Shown piece after piece: positions 1-9,352 of a stretch of 64,000 bases of DNA; position 1 is the first letter of the stretch; the number at the start of each line of letters is the position of its first letter. The notes below the pieces were generated by a model. That model made no database searches. It was given only the letters and a program-made list of their open reading frames with translations, and was not told the DNA's origin. The position numbers were made by a program, and so were the translations under genes. The stretch comes from Acidimicrobiaceae bacterium (GTDB lineage: Bacteria > Actinomycetota > Acidimicrobiia > Acidimicrobiales > UBA8592): contig PBMJ01000035.1 in the NCBI GenBank assembly GCA_002722525.1, positions 15 through 64,014 on the forward strand, written 5' to 3'.

Positions 1-175
1 TTCTGAATTGAACTCTGCAGTAGATGAAAACACTGAAAGAAAAGCGCGGGAAAGAGGGAATGACTTAATCGGAACCGATTCATTGCCAGAAGCAGATCTC
101 GGAATAGCACCCAAGGATTCAGATCATAATCAGGATGGTAGAAGGTCACCGCAGGAAAATGAAACTACGGAATAA
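1..175 (+). CDS. 3' end of a gene upstream of tatC, probably the TatB/TatA-family hydrophilic tail (partial)
   Basis: Open frame from nt 2 (SELNSAVDENTERKARERG...ENETTE) to TAA 173-175, overlapping the tatC start; identity inferred from position only. Confidence 0.5.
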   Translation, partial: SELNSAVDENTERKARERGNDLIGTDSLPEADLGIAPKDSDHNQDGRRSPQENETTE

Positions 176-941
176 CCAAAACCCGCAAGCAAAAATGGGT
201 CTTTTAGATCATCTGAGTGAATTGCGCTCCAGGCTTATTCGATGCCTATTAGCAATCGCCATCTGTTCGATACTTGGATGGATATTTTTCAGCCAAATAC
301 TTGATTTCCTCCTTGACCCATATTGCGAAACCCTTGGGGAGCAATGCACATTGCGTGTAGATGAACCCTTGGAAGGACTGAACACACGATTCATGATCGC
401 AATCTACACGGGGATAGCCGTATCGATCCCTGTATTGCTATGGCAAGCTTGGAAATTCATAAGCCCTGGACTCCATAAACATGAAAAGAGATATGGTGTT
501 TCGTTTGTAGTGTTCGGCGTCATTCTATTTGTATTGGGTTGTGGGCTAGCATTTTGGACTCTTCCACGCGCACTAGATTTCTTGATCGAAATCGGTGGAG
601 AGGACTTACTAACAGAATTTAGAGCTCGAGCTTACGTTTCATTTATCATCAAAATGATGCTCGCATTTGGTATCGGTTTCGAATTTCCGTTGATTCTGAT
701 TCTTCTACAAAAATTAGAAATAGTTGACTATAAATCATTACGAAAACAATGGCGGTATGCACTGGTCGGGATAGTTGTTCTCGTTGCGATTATTACTCCG
801 AGTGGTGACCCAATCTCTCTTCTTGCTTTAGCAGTCCCTATGTATCTTTTCTATGAAGCTGCAGTGCTGTACGGGTGGGTGCGCGAGAGGAGATTGTCAA
901 AGGCACAGAATTCAAGACTTCACAAGATCGGAGAGGAATGA
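159..941 (+). CDS. tatC: Twin-arginine translocase subunit TatC
   Basis: MGLLDHLSELRSRL, WKFISPGLHKHE, FGIGFEFP, AIITPSGDP motifs; 6 TM segments; ATG 159 preferred over ORF start 135. Confidence 0.95.
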   Translation: MKLRNNQNPQAKMGLLDHLSELRSRLIRCLLAIAICSILGWIFFSQILDFLLDPYCETLGEQCTLRVDEPLEGLNTRFMIAIYTGIAVSIPVLLWQAWKFISPGLHKHEKRYGVSFVVFGVILFVLGCGLAFWTLPRALDFLIEIGGEDLLTEFRARAYVSFIIKMMLAFGIGFEFPLILILLQKLEIVDYKSLRKQWRYALVGIVVLVAIITPSGDPISLLALAVPMYLFYEAAVLYGWVRERRLSKAQNSRLHKIGEE

Positions 942-1525
942 AAAGCTTTGAGAATTGGGCTCATCAAGTATCTGTGAATGGGTCATTTCCTATAGCAAAA
1001 TCTGATAAGGAGATCGCATATCTCGCTTCCTTGGGGGAAAGAATAATTAAGATTGAGTCCGGCAACATATTTAGGACTCTCGGAGGTAGGGAGAATAGAA
1101 ATCCGACACTTTCTGCCGAATCAACTGTGTGTGAAATTGATCTCGGTACGGTGCAGTTCAACAACGAAAAGTTTCTCTTTGCAAGTCACTGCTCTCTACG
1201 CCAATATCATTTCAGTACGAAAGGTGTGCTAGTGATGAATTCACAATTCTATAAAAACCGGAGGGTTGCTGTTCGAGGCCATCCAAGTGATGGAAAGCTA
1301 GACGTAATCAGTTCTCAACTGAATTTAAGGCAGTACATGTTGGCATCTAAGCTGTCTGAATCTGGTAGTCACATACCTCACCCCGACATCCACATAAAAT
1401 CTACAGACCAATACTCGATCTCATTTCAAAGAGATATGCGAATTTTCACTGACGGGCGATTTATTGGTCGGAGCGATGAAGTCAGTATCTCGCTTCTCGC
1501 TAAAACGATAAAGGTGATTATTTGA
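938..1525 (+). CDS. Diacylglycerol-kinase-like protein (degenerate N-terminal part)
   Basis: IDLG, GHPSDGKLDV, HIPHP, FTDG resemble the YegS/DAGK C-terminal domain; ATGA overlap with the tatC stop; common tatC neighbour in actinobacteria. Confidence 0.6.
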   Translation: MKSFENWAHQVSVNGSFPIAKSDKEIAYLASLGERIIKIESGNIFRTLGGRENRNPTLSAESTVCEIDLGTVQFNNEKFLFASHCSLRQYHFSTKGVLVMNSQFYKNRRVAVRGHPSDGKLDVISSQLNLRQYMLASKLSESGSHIPHPDIHIKSTDQYSISFQRDMRIFTDGRFIGRSDEVSISLLAKTIKVII

Positions 1526-1592
1526 TGCTAAGTCCTATCAATCTTGCTACCCTCCGCACATTTGTCGAAAACGCGACGTATTCTCAAGTGTC

Positions 1593-3203
1593 GTGAGTGC
1601 ATACATATCAGAAGAGTGGTCAGACGAAGAAGCCGATGTACTTCGTCGATACTTTACCAACTTAGATCAACCTGTCTTCGCACTTGTGAACCTTCCGGAG
1701 GTCGTCAAAGGTGCCTTGTTCGCTAGGTATAGTCGATCTGCAAAAAGCTTAAGAAGACTCTTCCTTGATGAATTCCTTGGCGACTTAGATATTGAAGGTG
1801 ATCAAAGTATCGATGCAACGATCGGATTGGAGCATGCAGAGACGCTTTACCACAGAATCTTTTTTGAGTATGGGGACGACTCGGTCGCCCAACTAGGTGG
1901 TGTTCACTTAGCGTGTGAACAAGCTTCTAACCTTCTTACAAAGGTTTTAGAGTGGGGAAGGCTGATGAGCTATCTGGAGCAATCAACCAGGTATATTTCT
2001 TATAACAGTCGGATCGGAGGACGCTATAGATACTACAGGGACCCAGAAATACTTAACTCTTCTTATGGGACCCGATATGTAGGAGACATGGATCGAATTT
2101 TTGATATCTATTCTGAATTGATCTCACCAATGCAAGATTTCGTCAGAGAGTCGTTCCCTAAACATCCTGATGATTCAGACTTTGTTTATCGACAAGCAGT
2201 CAAAGCTAAAGCATTCGATGCTTTAAGGGGACTCCTTCCTGCATCTTCACTATCAAATGTAGGAATCTACGGAACTGGCCAGGCATACGAAGCCTTGCTA
2301 CTAAGAATGCGAGCCCATCCACTTCCTGAATCAAGATTCTATGCTGACCTTATGCTTGGCGAACTTCGCAAGGTCATTCCGTCATTTCTTGAGCGTGTCG
2401 ACCTTGAAGATAGAGGTGTCGTATGGAGTGATTATCTTGAGAACACCCGCGAAGATACCAAAGACGTTGTTGCTTCCTTGCTTCAAGAGGGAACTCCCAT
2501 CGACCCTTCTCCTGTTGTAAGGCTTGTAGATTTTGACCCAGATGGTGAATTAAAAATGATAGCTTCCATGATGTATCCACATTCCAACTTGCCTGAAGAG
2601 CAGTTGCAGCGACGTGTTGCAGGATTGAATACTGAAGACAAGCTTGCCTTAATAAGAGCTTATGTCGGAGACAGAAGCAACCGTCGCCATAAGCCGGGCA
2701 GAGCCCTAGAGAGACCCTTTTACCGTTTCGATGTTCTTGTCGACTACGGCGCCTTTCGTGACTTACAAAGACATCGAATGTTAACCATGGAATGGCAACC
2801 GCTCAGTCCAACGCATGGATATACTCGTCCGCCACTGATTGATGCAGCAGGGATGAATGGAGCGTTCGATGAAGTAATGGAGAGATCAGCACTATTGTAC
2901 GACCTACTCCTTGACGACTTTCCTGATCAAGCTTCATACGCTGTGAGTCTGGCGTACAAAATTCGATTCAACATGAATATAAACGCCCGTTCTGCAATGC
3001 ATCTGATTGAGTTGCGCACAACTCCCCAAGGCCACCCCTCATACCGAGAAGTGGGACAGGAAATGTTTAGACTCATTAAAGAAGAGGCTGGCCATCAATC
3101 GGTTGCTGAAATGATGAAATTTGTGGATCTTACTGACGAGACAGATCTGGAAAGACTAGCAAGTGAACGCCGTGCCGAAGAGAAGCGAGAGCTCTCGCCA
3201 TAA
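1593..3203 (+). CDS. thyX: FAD-dependent thymidylate synthase, tandem-domain ThyX type
   Basis: ALFARYSRS, SYLEQSTRY, RDLQRHR, ELRT..QGHPSYR motifs; 536 aa is about two Thy1 domains. Confidence 0.85.
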   Translation: MSAYISEEWSDEEADVLRRYFTNLDQPVFALVNLPEVVKGALFARYSRSAKSLRRLFLDEFLGDLDIEGDQSIDATIGLEHAETLYHRIFFEYGDDSVAQLGGVHLACEQASNLLTKVLEWGRLMSYLEQSTRYISYNSRIGGRYRYYRDPEILNSSYGTRYVGDMDRIFDIYSELISPMQDFVRESFPKHPDDSDFVYRQAVKAKAFDALRGLLPASSLSNVGIYGTGQAYEALLLRMRAHPLPESRFYADLMLGELRKVIPSFLERVDLEDRGVVWSDYLENTREDTKDVVASLLQEGTPIDPSPVVRLVDFDPDGELKMIASMMYPHSNLPEEQLQRRVAGLNTEDKLALIRAYVGDRSNRRHKPGRALERPFYRFDVLVDYGAFRDLQRHRMLTMEWQPLSPTHGYTRPPLIDAAGMNGAFDEVMERSALLYDLLLDDFPDQASYAVSLAYKIRFNMNINARSAMHLIELRTTPQGHPSYREVGQEMFRLIKEEAGHQSVAEMMKFVDLTDETDLERLASERRAEEKRELSP

Positions 3204-3285
3204 AAAATCTGAAAAAAGATCAGATTTGTCACCCAAAGTATGAAAGAAAGGCCTATTATCCCCCTGATAAGGAAAAGGTTTTACA

Positions 3286-3762
3286 ATGTCTGACGAATTG
3301 GAAGAGGGAAAAGACGCCCTCGACGACGATGAACTTCAAGAGGATTTTGGCGATGACATGCCAGAGGATGAGGAACTTGAAGGTTCTGAGGACGGCGATA
3401 TTTTCGATGAGGATGACGAAATTTTCGATGATGACGATGACTCTGACGACGATGAGTTTGATGATGATGATGATGATGATAAAGGCCCTGCTACTACAGA
3501 TGCCATCAGTGACGATGAAGACGATGATGACGAAGTCGAGGCAGATCTAACAGCTATTCTGGAAAACCGCATAAAGGCAAACGATGATGAAAATCCCGAA
3601 GACGGGGAGTCGGCTAAATCCGCTGACGGTGAAGATGCAAATGTTGTTGCGAAACAAGAGGATGAAATGAATTGCCCTAGCTGTTTTCTGCTGGTCAGTA
3701 AAGCCGCCATAGAGAAAGATGGGGAGTGCCCTCATTGCGGAGCCGTCATCAAATGGCCGTAG
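3286..3762 (+). CDS. Highly acidic protein with C-terminal Zn ribbon (DUF4193-like)
   Basis: Asp/Glu-rich low-complexity N-terminus; EMNCPSCFLL...CPHC; SD-like AAGG upstream. Confidence 0.7.
   Translation: MSDELEEGKDALDDDELQEDFGDDMPEDEELEGSEDGDIFDEDDEIFDDDDDSDDDEFDDDDDDDKGPATTDAISDDEDDDDEVEADLTAILENRIKANDDENPEDGESAKSADGEDANVVAKQEDEMNCPSCFLLVSKAAIEKDGECPHCGAVIKWP
3460..3480 (+). repeat. (GAT)7 microsatellite encoding poly-Asp
   Basis: gatgatgatgatgatgatgat read directly. Confidence 0.9.
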
Positions 3763-4220
3763 AGTCAGCGAGAATCGCTGAGCAAAACGACCGTGTAGTA
3801 TTCCAGTCATTGTTCAATGCATCTCGTGATGAAATAGCTGATCATAAAGGCGCTGATCTCTGGGAGAGGACAAGAGCGCTAACTGGAACTTCCTCTGAAG
3901 TTTTTGAAAAAGTTTCTGATCATGAAGACTTCGTTTGCATATTAGGGACCTACTGTGACTATCCATTTGGATTCCTTATTGCACAATGGGTTACTATCTA
4001 CGATAAAAAATCACTTGACATTCGAGAAGTTTTTGTTGACAGTAAAATGCGGTCAGTAGGAATAGGTGAAGCGATGATGTCGTTCCTCTTCGAGCAAGCT
4101 AACAAATCCTCTACTTTCTCAATAGTTGCCAGAGCTTTGCCAGGAGATCGCGAACTGAAAAACTTTTTCGAACGATTTAAAATCACTGCGCGGATTATAG
4201 AGGTGGAGCGAAAGTTGTAG
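3753..4220 (+). CDS. GNAT-family N-acetyltransferase
   Basis: VFVDSKMRSVGIGEAMM (motif A) and ALPGDRELKNFFERF; ATG 3753 overlaps the upstream stop. Confidence 0.8.
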   Translation: MAVESARIAEQNDRVVFQSLFNASRDEIADHKGADLWERTRALTGTSSEVFEKVSDHEDFVCILGTYCDYPFGFLIAQWVTIYDKKSLDIREVFVDSKMRSVGIGEAMMSFLFEQANKSSTFSIVARALPGDRELKNFFERFKITARIIEVERKL

Positions 4221-4239
4221 TATCTCCTTGGCGAAACCT

Positions 4240-5367
4240 CTACTCAGTAGATTGTTTTAAGGAATCAGTAAAGATGCCTGAAATATTAGGTATCCGATCG
4301 GACAGCTTCTTAATGGTGTCTACTAGTTCATCAGAAATACGTTCAGGAATACCCTTTGGTACAACCTTTAGCCTAATTGGTGAGAATGCAACTGCTTGGA
4401 CTACCACGCTCCACCTATGTGATGCAGTATCACTGTCTAATGAGTTGTTTGCAAGGTCTACAAGAGAGTCCATAAGGTTTTCAGGTAAGGGAGTTCCTGG
4501 CTTAGGCGGGTGTGAGGTTAAGTTGAGTGCTCTTACTGACTTTCCTTCCTCTATTGCCTTTCTGATTTCTGAGAGCCACTGTTGATGCTCAAAGTCGATT
4601 CGTTCTCGGAGGGACGTTTCGAGTTGGGATTGAATGATGGAAAGCTCATCAGATCTCGCCCATTGACCGCCAGCTGCAACAACGGATCGAAAGTCGCGTA
4701 AATCAACATCTTTCGCATTCATGAGAACAGCATCAGCACGGTCTTGCCACTCTGCAGTTTTCAGTTGCTTGTTTATCTTTTCTGCATACCGCAAAATTTC
4801 GACATCGAATCCTTCAGGAAGTTTCATGGTGCTCAATGTCTTTCTTAAGTTCGGAATACCCCTACTGAGAACCTCACGTGCAAGTGGTTTGTGTAGGTCG
4901 GGTAAACTGTCAATTACTGAATTCCTATGAGAACGTTTAGCCTTGAGTCGTTTTCCTCGCTGAGGGCTTCGAGATTGACGTGGCTTCTTGACAGTATCTT
5001 TTTTCGATTGCTGGGACTTACTCCTCTTTTGAGTGTTTTGGTCCTGGTTTTTGCGATTGCGAGTACCTTTTTTATTACGTTTTTTCTTCACTAGCTGAGT
5101 TGTTACGCCGTAATTTTCATTTCCCGAACCAAGAATTTCTATCGTTTCTTGTTCTTTTCGCTCATCTCGTTTTGGAAGAACACGTAGTATTTCAATTCCG
5201 TCAATTAGGAAGTCAGCTTCTACTCTAAAGTCATCGCCGATTTTAGTTTCTGCTGGGAAAAGCGATTTCTTTATGGTGCCCTTGGGTTCTCGGGCACCAA
5301 GAGCACGCCAAGTGTACTGCTTATCATCTATTTCGCTAGTAATTTCAATTTCAATACGGCTAGACAT
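4240..5367 (-). CDS. Hypothetical protein (beta-rich N-domain, basic linker, helical C-domain)
   Basis: 375-aa ORF filling the gap; Lys/Arg-rich linker KKKRNKKGTRNRK; no recognised family. Confidence 0.75.
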   Translation of the reverse strand: MSSRIEIEITSEIDDKQYTWRALGAREPKGTIKKSLFPAETKIGDDFRVEADFLIDGIEILRVLPKRDERKEQETIEILGSGNENYGVTTQLVKKKRNKKGTRNRKNQDQNTQKRSKSQQSKKDTVKKPRQSRSPQRGKRLKAKRSHRNSVIDSLPDLHKPLAREVLSRGIPNLRKTLSTMKLPEGFDVEILRYAEKINKQLKTAEWQDRADAVLMNAKDVDLRDFRSVVAAGGQWARSDELSIIQSQLETSLRERIDFEHQQWLSEIRKAIEEGKSVRALNLTSHPPKPGTPLPENLMDSLVDLANNSLDSDTASHRWSVVVQAVAFSPIRLKVVPKGIPERISDELVDTIKKLSDRIPNISGIFTDSLKQSTE

Positions 5368-5459
5368 GCTTTAACACGGTACCTGCAGTTACGAGCTTTA
5401 AGCCTTTAAAAGCGTAAGAAATTATGCACTACTTAATATAAATTAGCTAAGATGATAAG

Positions 5460-5545
5460 ACGGGGAGCTTGGAAACGCCAGGCTGAGAAAGTGGTCATTT
5501 ACCACTGACCCTAGACCTGATCTGGATAATGCCAGCGGAGGGAAA
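5460..5545 (+). ncRNA. TPP riboswitch
   Basis: CGGGG-P3(gcttgg/ccaggc)-CTGAGA-P3a(gtggt/accac)-ACCC...ACCTGATCTGGATAATGCCAGCGGAGGGAA directly upstream of thiamine ABC genes. Confidence 0.95.
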
Positions 5546-5549
5546 ATAA

Positions 5550-6668
5550 ATGATAGATAAACCACTCGTAAAAATAATCCTTGTAGTTTCATGCTTTTTG
5601 TTTACGGCAATTGGACTTGGATGCTCCAGTGAGGATCAATCGGACAATGTCAATGAATGTTTTGAGGACCCTGGCTTGCCTCTAGTCGAAAAGTCCGCTT
5701 CAGCGGATAGTGATCTTTCTGGTGTGTCTATTGATCTAGTAACTTATGATGCCTTTCTCCCGCCTGAGGGAGCATTTGAGAGCTTTACCGCCGAAACGGG
5801 TATTCAGGTCAACCTGCTTCAAAGTGCGGATACTGGGACGATGGTTTCGCAGTCGGTTCTAACCTCCGGAGACCCTGTCGCCGATGTAATGTTCGGTATC
5901 GATAATACATTCCTTTGTCGAGGGCTCACTAATGATATTTTTCACCCTTACATTCCATCAACTGTCGATGAGTTATCTAGCGAGCTCCTTCTAGATCCTT
6001 ATCATCGAGTTACACCAGTTGATTATGGTGACATATGTGTAAATTATTGGATAGATGAAGTTGGAGAAGAGCCATTAACAATCACACAATTAACGTCTTC
6101 GAAGTACGAAGGACAATTTGTTACACAGAATCCTGAAACGTCTGCTCCTGGGATGGGCTTTTTGCTAGCCACAATTGCATATTTCGGAGAAGATGGATGG
6201 CAAGATTTCTGGAGAGATTTACGTGAGAACGATGTAGGAATCGAATCAGGATGGACTGAATCCTATTACGGCGACTTCATCGCGGGAGGGGGAGATCGAG
6301 CAATCGTAACGAGCTACCTCACTAGCCCAATAGCAGAATTTATTTACGCACCTGAGCCTCTAGAGACGCCGCCAACAGCAGTAATTGCTGACTCCTGTTT
6401 TAGGTCGGTAGAGTTTGTTGGAATTTTACGAGGAACTGACCAACCAACAGCTTCAGCGATACTGGTCGATTATCTAACATCAACCTACTTCCAGGAATTG
6501 CTCCCTGAAACAAACTTTGTGTTACCAGCGAATTCAGAAGCTGTATTGCCAGATGCTTTTCGAGATTTCCTACCCACTGATATAGATCCTGCGAGACTGC
6601 CACCTGAAGAGATTGATGCATCACGGGACCAGTGGACCGAACAATGGACCCAAATTGTTTTACGATGA
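5550..6668 (+). CDS. thiB: Thiamine ABC transporter substrate-binding lipoprotein
   Basis: Lipobox LGC; TYDAF, ADVMFGIDNTFL, PVDYGDICVNY, TSAPGMGFL, CFRSVEFVG; TPP riboswitch upstream. Confidence 0.9.
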   Translation: MIDKPLVKIILVVSCFLFTAIGLGCSSEDQSDNVNECFEDPGLPLVEKSASADSDLSGVSIDLVTYDAFLPPEGAFESFTAETGIQVNLLQSADTGTMVSQSVLTSGDPVADVMFGIDNTFLCRGLTNDIFHPYIPSTVDELSSELLLDPYHRVTPVDYGDICVNYWIDEVGEEPLTITQLTSSKYEGQFVTQNPETSAPGMGFLLATIAYFGEDGWQDFWRDLRENDVGIESGWTESYYGDFIAGGGDRAIVTSYLTSPIAEFIYAPEPLETPPTAVIADSCFRSVEFVGILRGTDQPTASAILVDYLTSTYFQELLPETNFVLPANSEAVLPDAFRDFLPTDIDPARLPPEEIDASRDQWTEQWTQIVLR

Positions 6669-8328
6669 CGACTATCGAAGGAATTCGAGATCTGCTCTAA
6701 ATCTGAACAACTACCAAAAATACTTAACATCAACTGCATTAATTATTAGTGTTGGTTTCTTCTCTATTTTCTATTTTTTCCCTCTAGGAAAAATCCTTTG
6801 GTACGGTTTATCACCCGAAAATATTGCAATGGTATTTGGAGCTCACACCACATGGAAAGTTATATGGTTCACACTATGGCAAGCTTTAATATCGACAGCT
6901 GTTTCGTTATGCGTAGGTATATTGATAGCAAATATTCTCAGTCGGTTTAGCTTTCGGGGAAGAGGGGCACTAAGCGTACTCGCGACTATTCCTTTTGTTA
7001 TGCCAACAGTAGTTGTGGCATCTGCCTTTCTGTCCCTAAATACAATATTTAAACTTGAGGGTACTGTGTTTAATCTAGAAGGAACAGTCTTCGGGGTCAT
7101 CGTTGCCCACGTTTTTTTTAATACAGCGATAGTTGTTCGAACGCTAGGAGGATGGTGGGGGCAGTTAACCTTAGATCCGGAATATGCTGCAAGAACTTTA
7201 GGTGCCGGAACTGTCAAAACATTCTTTCTCGTTACCTTGCCGCGTTTGAAACCAGCACTAATCGCATCAGGATCATTAACCTTTTTATTTACGTTCACAT
7301 CCTTCGGGATCATTCTTATACTTGGCTCTCTGAAGCAGGCAACTATTGAAACGGAGATATGGAGATACGCAACACAACGGATAGATATCAATACGGCTGC
7401 AGCGCTAGGAATCGCGCAACTAGCAATCGTTGTTCTTATGCTAGTAATTAATTCACGGCTTCGGAATAAGTATGGGACATCAGAACTTGGGTCAATTGCG
7501 GTGACCGACGAGAAGGTATATGCAACAAAATTCAGAAGCCTCCGACTTTACTCAGGAGTAATCTTTACGGTTCTTTTTTTAGGTACCCCTCTAGTTTTAC
7601 TGATTGAGCGCTCATTGAGAACTCCTAAGGGATACTCATTCACTTACTATCGAGAGATATTTACTGAAAGTCAATCTGGCCGATTTAGCATCTTCGAAAC
7701 TCGAACGGCGATTATCAACTCAATTACATGGGCTCTTCTTGCTATGGTGATCGCAACACTCCTCGGATATTTAGCAGCTGTTCTTCTGTCATCACCTTCA
7801 GCAAAAATTAGTAAACCAGCAGATGTGCTTTTCCTGCTTCCGTTAGGTACATCTGGAGTATTGCTAGGTTTTGGCATTATTGTGACCTTGAATAGCTCCT
7901 TTTGGGATATCCGTTCTAATTGGTGGATTATTCCAATAGCACAAGCGATCCTCGGTATTGGACTAGTAGCTCGGATAGTTGGGACAGCTCTACGTGACGT
8001 TAACCCAGAAATGCGAAATGCGGCAAAAGTCTTAGGAGCGTCTGACGCTAAAGTATGGCGTCACGTCGATTTACCAATTATTTCGAGGTCGCTAGTCGCA
8101 GGAGCATCCTTTTCATTCGCAATCGCAATAGGAGAGTTTGGTGCGACTGCATTTCTAGTCCGACCTCAACGGCCTACTATTCCGACAACTATCTTTAATT
8201 TATTAGGTAGGCCAGGCGCATCGACATATGGTCAGGCAATGGCGCTTTGTGTTGTATTAGCTGGAATAACAGCGATATCGATAAGTCTGCTAGATAGAAC
8301 TGGGACGGTGATTCGTGACACTGCATAA
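6613..8328 (+). CDS. thiP: Thiamine ABC transporter permease (two TM domains; true start probably a little downstream)
   Basis: FTLWQA, PFVMPTVVV, AHVFFN, two EAA-like loops (AARTLGA, AAKVLGA), GEFGAT. Confidence 0.88.
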   Translation: MMHHGTSGPNNGPKLFYDDDYRRNSRSALNLNNYQKYLTSTALIISVGFFSIFYFFPLGKILWYGLSPENIAMVFGAHTTWKVIWFTLWQALISTAVSLCVGILIANILSRFSFRGRGALSVLATIPFVMPTVVVASAFLSLNTIFKLEGTVFNLEGTVFGVIVAHVFFNTAIVVRTLGGWWGQLTLDPEYAARTLGAGTVKTFFLVTLPRLKPALIASGSLTFLFTFTSFGIILILGSLKQATIETEIWRYATQRIDINTAAALGIAQLAIVVLMLVINSRLRNKYGTSELGSIAVTDEKVYATKFRSLRLYSGVIFTVLFLGTPLVLLIERSLRTPKGYSFTYYREIFTESQSGRFSIFETRTAIINSITWALLAMVIATLLGYLAAVLLSSPSAKISKPADVLFLLPLGTSGVLLGFGIIVTLNSSFWDIRSNWWIIPIAQAILGIGLVARIVGTALRDVNPEMRNAAKVLGASDAKVWRHVDLPIISRSLVAGASFSFAIAIGEFGATAFLVRPQRPTIPTTIFNLLGRPGASTYGQAMALCVVLAGITAISISLLDRTGTVIRDTA

Positions 8329-9349
8329 CGGGCTTATAATTGAGAACCTTGATGTATCAATTGACCTGCATAAGATACTACATGACGTTTCCATTGACGT
8401 TAAGCCGGGAACTATAACCACACTATTGGGTCCTAGTGGGTGTGGGAAAAGCACCCTCCTCAAGGCCATAGTTGGACTTCTTTCAACAGACAAGGGAGAT
8501 GTAAGTCTTAATACAAAGAGTCTTATATCAACTCCTGCCCATAAGAGGGGGATAGGGCTAATGTTCCAAAATAACGCTTTATTTCCGCACAAAAACGTAG
8601 AACGAAATGTCGCTTTCGGACTACAGATGCAGGGGAAGAGACCTGAAGAATATGAAGAAAAAGTTACAGAAATGTTGGATTTAGTAGGGTTGTCGGGATT
8701 CAACAAACGCGAGATCGGCACATTATCTGGGGGTGAAAGCCAACGTGTTGCTCTAGCTCGCGCACTGGCACCCAGCCCAAAAGTTCTGTTACTAGATGAA
8801 CCGTTCAATTCACTAGATAGATCCCTCCGAACAGTCCTCCTTGATGAAGTTCGCGATGTTCTAAAAACGTTGGATATTGTTGGAATCCATGTGACCCATG
8901 ACTGGGATGAAGCCACACGCATCGCCGACAACATAGCGTTCATGAATCAGGGTCAAATCATTAGAACTGGCTCAATAGAAGAAATAATAGAGAAACCGAA
9001 ATACTCAATTGTGGCTGACCTAATCGGACTAGAAAGCTGCTGGACCCCAGAACTCTTCGAATCTGGAGGAATTACATACTTCGATACTCCGTGGGGACGA
9101 CGGGAACTTGATACACCCAATTCTGAAAGTATTGCCGCTCTGATAAGGCCAGAAAACATCTACGAAAAACCAGATGGTATCGACGTAGAAATCCAGACCA
9201 AAGTATCCGTTTACGGAGAATGGATTTACAAATGCAGACTAGAAACTGGTTTTATCGTCTCTGTCAAAACAATGAAGAACTACTCAATAGGGGAGAAGAT
9301 TAGCCTTTATGCATCCGTAGAGAACGTCGAGACATTAGAAGTTCTCTAG
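8315..9349 (+). CDS. thiQ: ABC transporter ATP-binding subunit of the thiamine transporter
   Basis: GPSGCGKST, LSGGESQRVALARAL, LLLDEPF, VTHD; C-terminal TOBE-like region; operon context. Confidence 0.82.
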   Translation: MTLHNGLIIENLDVSIDLHKILHDVSIDVKPGTITTLLGPSGCGKSTLLKAIVGLLSTDKGDVSLNTKSLISTPAHKRGIGLMFQNNALFPHKNVERNVAFGLQMQGKRPEEYEEKVTEMLDLVGLSGFNKREIGTLSGGESQRVALARALAPSPKVLLLDEPFNSLDRSLRTVLLDEVRDVLKTLDIVGIHVTHDWDEATRIADNIAFMNQGQIIRTGSIEEIIEKPKYSIVADLIGLESCWTPELFESGGITYFDTPWGRRELDTPNSESIAALIRPENIYEKPDGIDVEIQTKVSVYGEWIYKCRLETGFIVSVKTMKNYSIGEKISLYASVENVETLEVL

Positions 9350-9352
9350 CGG

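Noticed and set aside
3329-3710. Poly-Met (3329-3550 +) and poly-Ser (3336-3710 -) ORFs
   Set aside because: Alternative-frame shadows of the Asp/Glu-rich GAT/GAC gene.
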